From: Camelus dromedarius
Lineage: Eukaryota
Direction: 5' to 3'
Assembly (NCBI RefSeq): GCF_036321535.1
Contig: NC_087436.1
Location: 3,658,001-3,722,000, forward strand
DNA length: 64,000 bases
The notes beneath the pieces were generated by a model. That model was given only the letters and a program-made list of their open reading frames with translations. It had not been told where the DNA came from and searched no databases. Shown piece after piece: positions 1 to 13,270 of the stretch (positions within the stretch are counted from its first letter, which is position 1; each line of letters opens with the position of its first letter). Made by a program: the position numbers and the translations under genes.

Positions 1-1639
1 AGACGTTCATTCATCTAGCACAAAGGGAACGGGTTGCAGGAGAAACTTTTGCTCTGGTTTCTCAGTCTGTTTCCTAATGCCGGTTTGAAGTTCCTGCAGT
101 TTTCACTGTAAAACCGAGTTGGAGCTAATACATCCCCATATATATGTATGGAGTGGAGTTTGCAACTGAAAAGAAACTTTGTGTTCCCAACAAGCTAGGT
201 GAAGGACGGCTTTCACACACACTTATCTCTCAGAACTGAGCATGTGGAGAGACGTTCGTTCATCTAGCAATAATGGAACGCATTGCAGGAGAAACTTTTA
301 CTCTGGTTTCTCAGTCTGCTTCCTAGTGCCGGTTTGAAGTTCCTGCAGTTTTCACTGTAAAACCGAGTTGGAGCTAGTACATCCCCATATATAAGTAAGG
401 AGTGGAGTTTGCCACTGAAAAGAAACTCTGTGTTCCCAAAAAGCTAGTGAAGTACGGCTTTCACACACACGTATCTCTCAGAACTCAGCATGTGGAGAGA
501 TGTTCGTTCATCTAGCACAAAGGGAACGGGATGCAGGAGAAACTTTTACTCTGGTTTCTCAGTCTGTTTCCTAGTGCCGTTTTGAAGTTCCTGCAGTTTT
601 CACTGTAAAGCCGAGTTGGAGCTAGTACCTCCCCATATATATGTATGGAGTGGAGTTTGCAAGTGAAAAGAAACTTTGTGTTCCCAACAAGCTAGGTGAA
701 GGACGGCTTTCACACACACTTTTCTCTCAGAACTGAGCATGTGGAGAGACGTTCGTTAATTTAGCACAAAAGGAACGGGTTGCAGGAGAAACTTTTTCTC
801 TGGTTTCTCAGTCTGTTTCCTGTTGCCGGTTTGAAGTTCCTGCAGTTTTCACTGTAAAACCGAGTTGGAACTTGTACCTCCCCATATATATGAAGGAAGT
901 GGAGTTTGCAAGTGAAAAGAAACTTTGTGTTCCCAACAAGCTATGTGAAGGACGGCTTTCACACACACTTACTCTCAGAAATGAGCATGTGGAGAGACTT
1001 TCGTTCATCTATCACAAAGGGAACGGGTTGCAGGAGAAACTTTTTCTCTGGTTTCTCAGTCTGTTTCCTGTTGCCGGTTTGAAGTTCCTGCAATTTTCAC
1101 TGTAATACCGAGTTGGAGCTAGTACCTCCCCATATATATGAAGGAAGTGGGGTTTGCAAGTGAAAAGAAACTTTGTGTTCCCAACAAGCTAGGTGAAGGA
1201 CGGCTTTCACACACACTAATCTCTCAAAACTGAGCATGTGGAGAGACGTTAGTTCATCTAGCACAATGGGAACAAGTTGCAGGAGAAACTTTTACTCTGG
1301 TTTCTCAGTCTGTTTCCTAGTGCCGGTTTGAAGTTCCTGCAGTTTTCACTGTAAAACCGAGATGGAGCTAGTACCTCCCCATAATTATGTATGGATTGGA
1401 GTTTGCAAATGAAATGAAACTTTGTGTTCCCAACAAGCTAGGTGAAGGACGGCTTTCACACACACATCTCTCAGAACTGAGCATGTGAAAAGACGTTCGT
1501 TCATCTAGCACAAAGGGAACGGGTTGCAGGAGAAACTTTACTCTGGTTTCTCAGTCTATTTCTTAGTGCCTGTTTGAAGTTCCTGCAGTTTTCACTGTAA
1601 AACCGAGTTAGAGCTAGTACCACCCCATATATATGTATG

Positions 1640-4600
1640 GAGTGGATTTTGCCACTGAAAAGAAACTTTGTGTTCCCATAAATCTAGGTGAATTATGGCT
1701 TTCACACACACTTATCTCTCAGAACTGAGCATGTGGAGAGACGTTCATTCATCTAGCACATAGGGAACGGGTTGCAGGAGGAAGTTTTACTCTGTTTTCT
1801 CAGCATGTTTCTTAGTGCCAGTTGGAAGTTCCTGCAGTTTTCACTGTAAAACCGAGTTGGAGCTAGTACCTCCCCATATATATGTATGGAGTGGAGTTTG
1901 CAACTGAAAAGAAACTTTGTGTTCCCAACAAGCTAGGTGAAGAACGGCTTTCACACACACTTTTCTCTCAGAACTGAGCATGTGGATAGACGTTCGTTCA
2001 TCTAGCACAAAGGGAACGGGTTGCAGGAGAAACATTTATTCTGGTTTCTAAGTCTGTTTCCTAGTGCCTGTTTGAAGTTCCTGCAGTTTTCACTGTAAAA
2101 CCGAGTTGGAGCTAGTACCACCCCATATATATGTATGGAGTAGATTTTGCAACTGAAAAAAAACTCTGTGTTCCCAACAAGCTATATGAAGGACGGCTTT
2201 TACACACATTTATCTCTCAGAACTGAGCATGTGGAGAGACGTTCGTTCATCTAGCACAAAGGGAACGGGTTGCAGGAGAAACTTTTACTCTGGTTTCACA
2301 GTCTGTTTCCTAGTGCCGGTTTGAAGTTCCTGCAGTTTTCACTGTAAAACCGAGTTGGAGCTAGTACCTCCCCATATATATGTATGGAGTGGAGTTTGCA
2401 ACTGAAAAGAAACTGTGTTCCCAACAAGCTAGGTGAAGTACGGCTTTCACACACAATTATCTCTCAGAACTGAGAATGTGGAGAGACGTTCGTTCATCTA
2501 GCACAAAGTAAACGGGTTGCAGGAGAAACTTTTACTCTGGTTTCTCAGTCTGTTTCCTACTGCCGGTTTGAAGTTCCTGCAGTTTTCACTGTAAAACCGA
2601 GTTGGAGCTAATACTTCCCCATATATATCTACGGAGTTGAGTTTGCAACTGGAAAGAAACTTTGTGTTCCCTACAAGCAAGTTGAAGTACGGCTTTCACA
2701 CACACTTATCTCTCAGAACTTAGCATGTTGAGAGACTTCGTTCATCTAGCACAAAAGGAACGGGTTGCAGGAGAAACTATTACTCTGGTTTCTCAGTCTG
2801 TTTCCTACTGCTGGTTTGAAGTTCCTGTAGTTTTCATTGTAAAACCGAGTTGGAGTTAGTACCTCCCCATATATATGTATGGAGAGGAGTTTGCAAGTGA
2901 AAAGAAACTTTGTGTTCCCAACAAGCTAGGTGAAGGACGGCTTTCACACACACATCTCTCAGAACTGAGCATGTGAAAAGACGTTCGTTCATCTAGCACA
3001 AAGGGAACGGGTTGCAGGGGAAACTTTTACTCTGGGTTCTCAGTCTGTTTCCTAGTGCCGGTTTGAAGTTCCTGCAGTTTTCACTGTAAAACCGAGTTGG
3101 AGCTTGTACCTCCCCATATATATGTATGGAGTGGAGTTTGCAAGTGAAAAGAAACTTTGTGTTCCCAACCAGCTAGGTAAAGGACGGCTTTCACACACAC
3201 TTATCTTTCAGAACTTAGCATGTGGAGAGACTTTCATTCATCTAGCACAAATGGAACGGTTGGCAGGAGAAACTTTACTCTTGTTTCTCAGTCTTTTTCC
3301 TAGTGCCGGTTTGAAGTTCCTGCAGTTTACACTGTAAAACCGAGTTGGAGCTAGTACCTCCCCATATATATGTATGGAGTGGAGTTTGCAAGTGAAAAGA
3401 AACTTTGTGTTCCCAACAAGCTAGGTTAAGGACGACTTTCACACACACATATCTCTCAGAACTGAGCATGTGGAGAGACGTTCGTTCATCTAGCACAAAG
3501 GGAACGGGTTGCAGGAGAAACTTTTACTCTGGTTTCTCAGTCTGTTTCCTAGTGCCGGTTTGAAATTCCTGTAGTTTTCACTGTAAATCCGAATTGGATC
3601 TAGTACCTCCCTATATAAATGTATGGAGTGGAATTTGCAACTGAAAAGGAACTTTCTGTTCCCAACAAGCTAGGTGAAGGATGGCTTTCACACACACTTA
3701 TCTCTCAGAAATGAGCATGTGGAGAGACGTTCGTTTATCTAAAATAAATGGAACGGTTTGCAGGAGAAACTTTTACTCTGGTTTCTCAGTCTGTTTCCTA
3801 CGGCCGGTATGTATATCCTGCAGTTTTCACTTTAAAACCCAGTTGGAGCTAGTACCTCCCCATATATATGTATGGAGAGGATTTTGCAACTGAAAAGAAA
3901 GTTTGTGTTCCCATCAAGAAATGTGAAGGAAGGCTTCCACACACACTTATTTCTCAGAACTGAGCATGTGGAGAGACGTTCGTTCATCTAGCACAAAGGG
4001 AACGGGTTGCAAGAGTATCTTTTACTCTGGTTTCTCATTCTGTTTCCTAGTGCCGGTTTGAAGTTCCTGCAGTTTTCACTGTAAATCCGAGTTGGAACTA
4101 GTACATCCCCATATATATCTATGGAGTGGAGTTTGCAACTGAAAAGAAACTTTGTGTTCCCAACAACTAAGTGAAGGACGGCTTTCACACACACTTATCT
4201 CTCAGAACTGAGCATGTGGTTAGACGTTCGTTCATCTAGCACAAAAGGAACGGGTTGCAGGAGATACTTTTCCTCTGGTTTCTCAGACTTTTTCCTAGTG
4301 CCTGTTTGAAGTTCCTGCAGTTTCCACTTTAAAACCGAGTTGGAGCTAGTACCTCCCCATATATATGTATGGAGTGCATTTTGAAACTGAAAAGAAACTT
4401 TGTGTTCCCATCAAGCAAGGTGAAGGACGGCTTTCACACACACTTATCTCTCAGAACTGAGCATGTGGTTAGACGTTCGTTCATCTAGCACAAAGGGAAC
4501 GGGTTGCAGGAGAAACTTTTCCTCTGGTTTCTCAGACTTTTTCCTAGTGCCTGTTTGAAGTTCCTGCAGTTTTCACTTTAAATCCGAGTTGGAGCTAGTA

Positions 4601-7600
4601 CCACCCCATATATATGTATGGAGTAGATTTTGCAACTGAAAAGAAACTCTGTGTTCCCAACAAGCTATGTGAAGGACGGCTTTTACACACATTTATCTCT
4701 CAGAACTGAGCATGTGGAGAGACGTTCGTTCATCTAGCACAAAGGGAACGGGTTGCAGGAGAAACTTTTACTCTGGTTTCACAGTCTGTTTCCTAGTGCC
4801 GGTTTGAAGTTCCTGCAGTTTTCACTGTAAAACCGAGTTGGAGCTAGTACCTCCCCATATATATGTATGGAGTGGAGTTTGCAACTGAAAAGAAACTGTG
4901 TTCCCAACAAGCTAGGTGAAGTACGGCTTTCACACACAATTATCTCTCAGAACTGAGAATGTGGAGAGACGTTCGTTCATCTAGCACAAAGTAAACGGGT
5001 TGCAGGAGAAACTTTTACTCTGCTTTCTCAGTCTGTTTCCTACTGCCGGTTTGAAGTTCCTGCAGTTTTCACTGTAAAACCGAGTTGGAGCTAATACTTC
5101 CCCATATATATCTACGGAGTTGAGTTTGCAACTGGAAAGAAACTTTGTGTTCCCTACAAGCAAGTTGAAGTACGGCTTTCACACACACTTATCTCTCAGA
5201 ACTTAGCATGTTGAGAGACTTCGTTCATCTAGCACAAAAGGAACGGGTTGCAGGAGAAACTATTACTCTGGTTTCTCAGTCTGTTTCCTACTGCTGGTTT
5301 GAAGTTCCTGTAGTTTTCATTGTAAAACCGAGTTGGAGTTAGTAGCTCCCCATATATATGTATGGAGACGAGTTTGCAAGTGAAAAGAAACTTTGTGTTC
5401 CCAACAAGCTAGGTGAAGGACGGCTTTCACACAAACATCTCTCAGAACTGAGCATGTGAAAAGACGTTCGTTCATCTAGCACAAAGGGAACGGGTTGCAG
5501 GGGAAACTTTTACTCTGGGTTCTCAGTCTGTTTCCTAGTGCCGGTTTGAAGTTCCTGCAGTTTTCACTGTAAAACCGAGTTGGAGCTTGTACCTCCCCAT
5601 ATATATGTATGGAGTGGAGTTTGCAAGTGAAAAGAAACTTTGTGTTCCCAACCAGCTAGGTAAAGGACGGCTTTCACACACACTTATCTTTCAGAACTTA
5701 GCATGTGGAGAGACTTTCATTCATCTAGCACAAATGTAACGGTTGGCAGGAGAAACTTTACTCTTGTTTCTCAGTCTTTTTCCTAGTGCCGTTTTGAAGT
5801 TCCTGCAGTTTACACTGTAAAACCGAGTTGGAGCTAGTACCTCCTCATATATATGTATGGAGTGGAGTTTGCAAGTGAAAAGAAACTTTGTGTTCCCAAC
5901 AAGCTAGGTTAAGGACGACTTTCACACACACATATCTCTCAGAACTGAGCATGTGGAGAGACGTTCGTTCATCTAGCACAAAGGGAACGGGTTGCAGGAG
6001 AAACTTTTACTCTGGTTTCTCAGTCTGTTTCCTAGTGCCGGTTTGAAATTCCTGTAGTTTTCACTGTAAATCCGAATTGGATCTAGTACCTCCCTATATA
6101 AATGTATGGAGTGGAATTTGCAACTGAAAAGGAACTTTCTGTTCCCAACAAGCTAGGTGAAGGATGGCTTTCACACACACTTATCTCTCAGAAATGAGCA
6201 TGTGGAGAGACGTTCGTTTATCTAGAATAAAGGGAACGGTTTGCAGGAGAAACTTTTACTCTGGTTTCTCAGTCTGTTTCCTACGGCCGGTATGTATTTC
6301 CTGCAGTTTTCACTTTAAAACACAGTTGGAGCTAGTACCTCCCCATATATATGTATGGAGAGGATTTTGCAACTGAAAAGAAAGTTTGTGTTCCCATCAA
6401 GAAATGTGAAGGAAGGCTTCCACACACACTTATTTCTCAGAACTGAGCATGTGGAGAGACGTTCGTTCATCTAGCACAAAGGGAACGGGTTGCAGGAGAA
6501 TCTTTTACTCTGGTTTCTCATTCTGTTTCCTAGTGCCGGTTTGAAGTTCCTGCAGTTTTCACTGTAAAACAGAGTTGGAGCTAGTACCTCCCCATATATA
6601 TTTATGGAGTGGATTTTGCAAGTGAAAAGAAACTTTGTTTCCCAAAAAGCTATTTGAAAGACGGCTTTCACACACACTTATCTCTCAGAACTGAGCATGT
6701 GGAGAGACGTTCGTTCATCTATCACAAAGGGAACGGGTTTCAGGAGAAACTTTTACTCTGGATTCAAAGTCTGTTTCCTAGTGCCGGTTTGAAGTTCCTG
6801 CCGTTTTCACTTTAAAACCAAGTTGGAGCTAGTACCTCCCCATATATATGTATGGAGTGGATTTTGCCACTGAAAAGAAACTTTGTGTTCCCATAAATCT
6901 AGGTGAATTATGGCTTTCACACACACTTATCTCTCAGAACTGAGCATGTGGAGAGACGTTCATTCATCTAGCACATAGGGAACGGGTTGCAGGAGGAAGT
7001 TTTACTCTGTTTTCTCAGCATGTTTCTTAGTGCCAGTTGGATGTTCCTGCAGTTTTCACTGTAAAACCGAGTTGGAGCTAGTACCTCCCCATATATATGT
7101 ATGGAGTGGAGTTTGCAACTGAAAAGAAACTTTGTGTTCCCAACAAGCTAGGTGAAGAACGGCTTTCACACACACTTTTCTCTCAGAACTGAGCATGTGG
7201 ATAGACGTTCGTTCATCTAGCACAAAGGGAACGGGTTGCAGGAGAAACATTTATTCTGGTTTCTAAGTCTGTTTCCTAGTGCCTGTTTGAAGTTCCTGCA
7301 GTTTTCACTGTAAAACCGAGTTGGAGCTAGTACCACCCCATATAAATGTATGGAGTAGATTTTGCAACTGAAAAATAACTCTGTGTTCCCAACAAGCTAT
7401 ATGAAGGACGGCTTTTACACACATTTATCTCTCAGAACTGAGCATGTGGAGAGACGTTCGTTCATCTAGCACAAAGGGAACGGGTTGCAGGAGAAACTTT
7501 TACTCTGGTTTCACAGTCTGTTTCCTAGTGCCGGTTTGAAGTTCCTGCAGTTTTCACTGTAAAACCGAGTTGGAGCTAGTACCTCCCCATATATATGTAT

Positions 7601-10600
7601 GGAGTGGAGTTTGCAACTGAAAAGAAACTGTGTTCCCAACAAGCTAGGTGAAGTACGGCTTTCACACACAATTATCTCTCAGAACTGAGAATGTGGAGAG
7701 ACGTTCGTTCATCTAGCACAAAGTAAACGGGTTGCAGGAGAAACTTTTACTCTGGTTTCTCAGTCTGTTTCCTACTGCCGGTTTGAAGTTCCTGCAGTTT
7801 TCACTGTAAAACCGAGTTGGAGCTAATACTTCCCCATATATATCTACGGAGTTGAGTTTGCAACTGGAAAGAAACTTTGTGTTCCCTACAAGCAAGTTGA
7901 AGTACGGCTTTCACACACACTTATCTCTCAGAACTTAGCATGTTGAGAGACTTCGTTCATCTAGCACAAAAGGAACGGGTTGCAGGAGAAACTATTACTC
8001 TGGTTTCTCAGTCTGTTTCCTACTGCTGGTTTGAAGTTCCTGTAGTTTTCATTGTAAAACCGAGTTGGAGTTAGTACCTCCCCATATATATGTATGGAGA
8101 GGAGTTTGCAAGTGAAAAGAAACTTTGTGTTCCCAACAAGCTAGGTGAAGGACGGCTTTCACACACACATCTCTCAGAACTGAGCATGTGAAAAGACGTT
8201 CGTTCATCTAGCACAAAGGGAACGGGTTGCAGGGGAAACTTTTACTCTGGGTTCTCAGTCTGTTTCCTAGTGCCGGTTTGAAGTTCCTGCAGTTTTCACT
8301 GTAAAACCGAGTTGGAGCTTGTACCTCCCCATATATATGTATGGAGTGGAGTTTGCAAGTGAAAAGAAACTTTGTGTTCCCAACCAGCTAGGTAAAGGAC
8401 GGCTTTCACACACACTTATCTTTCAGAACTTAGCATGTGGAGAGACTTTCATTCATCTAGCACAAATGGAACGGTTGGCAGGAGAAACTTTACTCTTGTT
8501 TCTCAGTCTTTTTCCTAGTGCCGGTTTGAAGTTCCTGCAGTTTACACTGTAAAACCGAGTTGGAGCTAGTACCTCCCCATATATATGTATGGAGTGGAGT
8601 TTGCAAGTGAAAAGAAACTTTGTGTTCCCAACAAGCTAGGTTAAGGACGACTTTCACACACACATATCTCTCAGAACTGAGCATGTGGAGAGACGTTCGT
8701 TCATCTAGCACAAAGGGAACGGGTTGCAGGAGAAACTTTTACTCTGGTTTCTCAGTCTGTTTCCTAGTGCCGGTTTGAAATTCCTGTAGTTTTCACTGTA
8801 AATCCGAATTGGATCTAGTACCTCCCTATATAAATGTATGGAGTGGAATTTGCAACTGAAAAGGAACTTTCTGTTCCCAACAAGCTAGGTGAAGGATGGC
8901 TTTCACACACACTTATCTCTCAGAAATGAGCATGTGGAGAGACGTTCGTTTATCTAAAATAAATGGAACGGTTTGCAGGAGAAACTTTTACTCTGGTTTC
9001 TCAGTCTGTTTCCTACGGCCGGTATGTATATCCTGCAGTTTTCACTTTAAAACCCAGTTGGAGCTAGTACCTCCCCATATATATGTATGGAGAGGATTTT
9101 GCAACTGAAAAGAAAGTTTGTGTTCCCATCAAGAAATGTGAAGGAAGGCTTCCACACACACTTATTTCTCAGAACTGAGCATGTGGAGAGACGTTCGTTC
9201 ATCTAGCACAAAGGGAACGGGTTGCAGGAGTATCTTTTACTCTGGTTTCTCATTCTGTTTCCTAGTGCCGGTTTGAAGTTCCTGCAGTTTTCACTGTAAA
9301 ACCGAGTTGGAGCTAGTACATCCCCATATATATTTATGGAGTGGATTTTGCAAGTGAAAAGAAACTTTGTGTTCCCAAAAAGCTATTTGAAGGACGGCTT
9401 TCACACACACTTATCTCTCCGAACTGAGCATGTGGAGAGACGTTCGTTCATCTATCACAAAGGGAACGGGTTTCAGGGGAAACTTTTACTCTGGATTCAA
9501 AGTCTGTTTCCTAGTGCCGGTTTGAAGTTCCTGCCGTTTTCACTTTAAAACCAAGTTGGAGCTAGTACCTCCCCATATATATGTATGGAGTGGAGTTTGC
9601 AAATGAAAAGAAACTTTGTGTTCCCATCAAGCAAGTTGAAGGACGGCTTTCACACACACTTATCTCTCAGAACTGAGCATGTGGAGAGACGTTCGTTCAT
9701 CTAGCACAATGGGAACGGGTTGCAGGAGAAACATTTACTCTGGTTTGTCAGTCTGTTTCCTAGTGCCGGTTTGAAGTTCCTGCAGTTTTCACTGTAAATC
9801 CGAGTTGGAACTAGTACATCCCCATATATATCTATGGAGTGGAGTTTGCAACTGAAAAGAAACTTTGTGTTCCCAACAACTAAGTGAAGGACGGCTTTCA
9901 CACACACTTATCTCTCAGAACTGAGCATGTGGTTAGACGTTCGTTCATCTAGCACAAAAGGAACGGGTTGCAGGAGATACTTTTCCTCTGGTTTCTCAGA
10001 CTTTTTCCTAGTGCCTGTTTGAAGTTCCTGCAGTTTCCACTTTAAAACCGAGTTGGAGCTAGTACCTCCCCATATATATGTATGGAGTGCATTTTGAAAC
10101 TGAAAAGAAACTTTGTGTTCCCATCAAGCAAGGTGAAGGACGGCTTTCACACACACTTATCTCTCAGAACTGAGCATGTGGTTAGACGTTCGTTCATCTA
10201 GCACAAAGGGAACGGGTTGCAGGAGAAACTTTTCCTCTGGTTTCTCAGACTTTTTCCTAGTGCCTGTTTGAAGTTCCTGCAGTTTTCACTTTAAATCCGA
10301 GTTGGAGCTAGTACCACCCCATATATATGTATGGAGTAGATTTTGCAACTGAAAAGAAACTCTGTGTTCCCAACAAGCTATGTGAAGGACGGCTTTTACA
10401 CACATTTATCTCTCAGAACTGAGCATGTGGAGAGACGTTCGTTCATCTAGCACAAAGGGAACGGGTTGCAGGAGAAACTTTTACTCTGGTTTCACAGTCT
10501 GTTTCCTAGTGCCGGTTTGAAGTTCCTGCAGTTTTCACTGTAAAACCGAGTTGGAGCTAGTACCTCCCCATATATATGTATGGAGTGGAGTTTGCAACTG

Positions 10601-13270
10601 AAAAGAAACTGTGTTCCCAACAAGCTAGGTGAAGTACGGCTTTCACACACAATTATCTCTCAGAACTGAGAATGTGGAGAGACGTTCGTTCATCTAGCAC
10701 AAAGTAAACGGGTTGCAGGAGAAACTTTTACCCTGGTTTCTCAGTCTGTTTCCTACTGCCGGTTTGAAGTTCCTGCAGTTTTCACTGTAAAACCGAGTTG
10801 GAGCTAATACTTCCCCATATATATCTACGGAGTTGAGTTTGCAACTGGAAAGAAACTTTGTGTTCCCTACAAGCAAGTTGAAGTACGGCTTTCACACACA
10901 CTTATCTCTCAGAACTTAGCATGTTGAGAGACTTCGTTCATCTAGCACAAAAGGAACGGGTTGCAGGAGAAACTATTACTCTGGTTTCTCAGTCTGTTTC
11001 CTACTGCTGGTTTGAAGTTCCTGTAGTTTTCATTGTAAAACCGAGTTGGAGTTAGTAGCTCCCCATATATATGTATGGAGACGAGTTTGCAAGTGAAAAG
11101 AAACTTTGTGTTCCCAACAAGCTAGGTGAAGGACGGCTTTCACACACACATCTCTCAGAACTGAGCATGTGAAAAGACGTTCGTTCATCTAGCACAAAGG
11201 GAACGGGTTGCAGGGGAAACTTTTACTCTGGGTTCTCAGTCTGTTTCCTAGTGCCGGTTTGAAGTTCCTGCAGTTTTCACTGTAAAACCGAGTTGGAGCT
11301 TGTACCTCCCCATATATATGTATGGAGTGGAGTTTGCAAGTGAAAAGAAACTTTGTGTTCCCAACCAGCTAGGTAAAGGACGGCTTTCACACACACTTTT
11401 CTTTCAGAACTTAGCATGTGGAGAGACTTTCATTCATCTAGCACAAATGTAACGGTTGGCAGGAGAAACTTTACTCTTGTTTCTCAGTCTTTTTCCTAGT
11501 GCCGTTTTGAAGTTCCTGCAGTTTACACTGTAAAACCGAGTTGGATCTAGTACCTCCCCATATATATGTATGGAGTGGAGTTTGCAAGTGAAAAGAAACT
11601 TTGTGTTCCCAACAAGCTAGGTTAAGGACGACTATCACACACACATATCTCTCAGAACTGAGCATGTGGAGAGACGTTCGTTCATCTAGCACAAAGGGAA
11701 CGGGTTGCAGGAGAAACTTTTACTCTGGATTCTCAGTCTGTTTCCTACTGCCGGTTTGAAATTCCTGTAGTTTTCACTGTAAATCCGAATTGGATCTAGT
11801 ACCTCCATATATAAATGTATGGAGTGGAATTTGCAACTGAAAAGAAACTTTCTGTTCCCAACAAGCTAGGTGAAGAACGGCTTTCACACACACTTATCTC
11901 TCAGAAATGAGCATGTGGAGAGACGTTCGTTTATCTAGAATAAAGGGAACGGTTTGCAGGAGAAACTTTTACTCTGGTTTCTCAGTCTGTTTCCTACGGC
12001 CGGTATGTATTTCCTGCAGTTTTCACTTTAAAACACAGTTGGAGCTAGTACCTCCCCATATATATGTATGGAGAGGATTTTGCAACTGAAAAGAAAGTTT
12101 GTGTTCCCATCAAGAAATGTGAAGGAAGGCTTCCACACACACTTATTTCTCAGAACTGAGCATGTGGAGAGACGTTCGTTCATCTAGCACAAAGGGAACG
12201 GGTTGCAGGAGAATCTTTTACTCTGGTTTCTCATTCTGTTTCCTAGTGCCGGTTTGAAGTTCCTGCAGTTTTCACTGTAAAACAGAGTTGGAGCTAGTAC
12301 CTCCCCATATATATTTATGGAGTGGATTTTGCAAGTGAAAAGAAACTTTGTGTTCCCAAAAAGCTATTTGAAGGACGGCTTTCACACACACTTATCTCTC
12401 AGAACTGAGCATGTGGAGAGACGTTCGTTCATCTATCACAAAGGGAACGGGTTTCAGGAGAAACTTTTACTCTGGATTCAAAGTCTGTTTCCTAGTGCCG
12501 GTTTGAAGTTCCTGCCGTTTTCACTTTAAAACCAAGTTGGAGCTAGTACCTCCCCATATATATGTATGGAGTGGAGTTTGCAAATGAAAAGAAACTTTGT
12601 GTTCCCATCAAGTAAGTTGAAGGACGGCTTTCACACACACTTATCTCTCAGAACTGAGCATGTTGAGAGACGTTCGTTCATCTAGCACAATGGGAACGGG
12701 TTGCAGGAGAAACATTTACTCTGGTTTGTCAGTCTGTTTCCTAGTGCCGGTTTGAAGTTCCTGCAGTTTTCACTGTAAATCCGAGTTGGAACTAGTACAT
12801 CCCCATATATATCTATGGAGTGGAGTTTGCAACTGAAAAGAAACTTTGTGTTCCCAACAACTAAGTGAAGGACGGCTTTCACACACACTTATCTCTCAGA
12901 ACTGAGCATGTGGTTAGACGTTCGTTCATCTAGCACAAAAGGAACGGGTTGCAGGAGATACTTTTCCTGTGGTTTCTCAGACTTTTTCCTAGTGCCTGTT
13001 TGAAGTTCCTGCAGTTTCCACTTTAAAACCGAGTTGGAGCTAGTACCTCCCCATATATATGTATGGAGTGCATTTTGCAACTGAAAAGAAACTTTGTGTT
13101 CCCATCAAGCAAGGTGAAGGACGGCTTTCACACACACTTATCTCTCAGAACTGAGCATGTGGTTAGACGTTCGTTCATCTAGCACAAAGGGAACGGGTTG
13201 CAGGAGAAACTTTTCCTCTGGTTTCTCAGACTTTTTCCTAGTGCCTGTCTGAAGTTCCTGCAGTTTTCAC
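1640..13270. repeat. HOR domain A: 12-mer (2981 bp) with 10-mer and 11-mer variants, nested in a ~23-monomer duplication
   Basis: The marker monomer aaagtaaacggg...ctaatacttcccc recurs four times (chance ORFs at 2498, 4981, 7713, 10694; spacings 2483, 2732, 2981). ORF pairs 9336/12317 and 9701/12682 are offset by 2981. Pairs 1841/7056, 3104/8319 and 3681/8896 are offset by 5215. Confidence 0.9.

Noticed and set aside
137..222. (TA)n and (CA)n tracts as microsatellites or a TATA box
   Set aside because: They are only 4-5 units long, are fixed parts of the monomer and are nearly invariant in length. There is no evidence of promoter context.
166..245. Hammerhead ribozyme, as known in newt, schistosome and cave-cricket satellites
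   Set aside because: The core needs CUGANGA plus GAAA with flanking stems. The candidates are CTGAAAA and CTGAGCA on + and CTGAGAG and CTGAGAA on -, and none fits CUGANGA. An Infernal/Rfam scan would settle it.
1..249. Primate alpha satellite
   Set aside because: Only short shared words (tctcagaa, agaaactt, tgcaagtg, gcagttt), not collinear, and the unit is 249 bp rather than ~171 bp.
250..265. Pol III B-box, tRNA/SINE-derived unit or 5S rDNA array
   Set aside because: gttcgttc lacks the GTTCRA core. I saw no convincing A-box, cloverleaf or 5S similarity.
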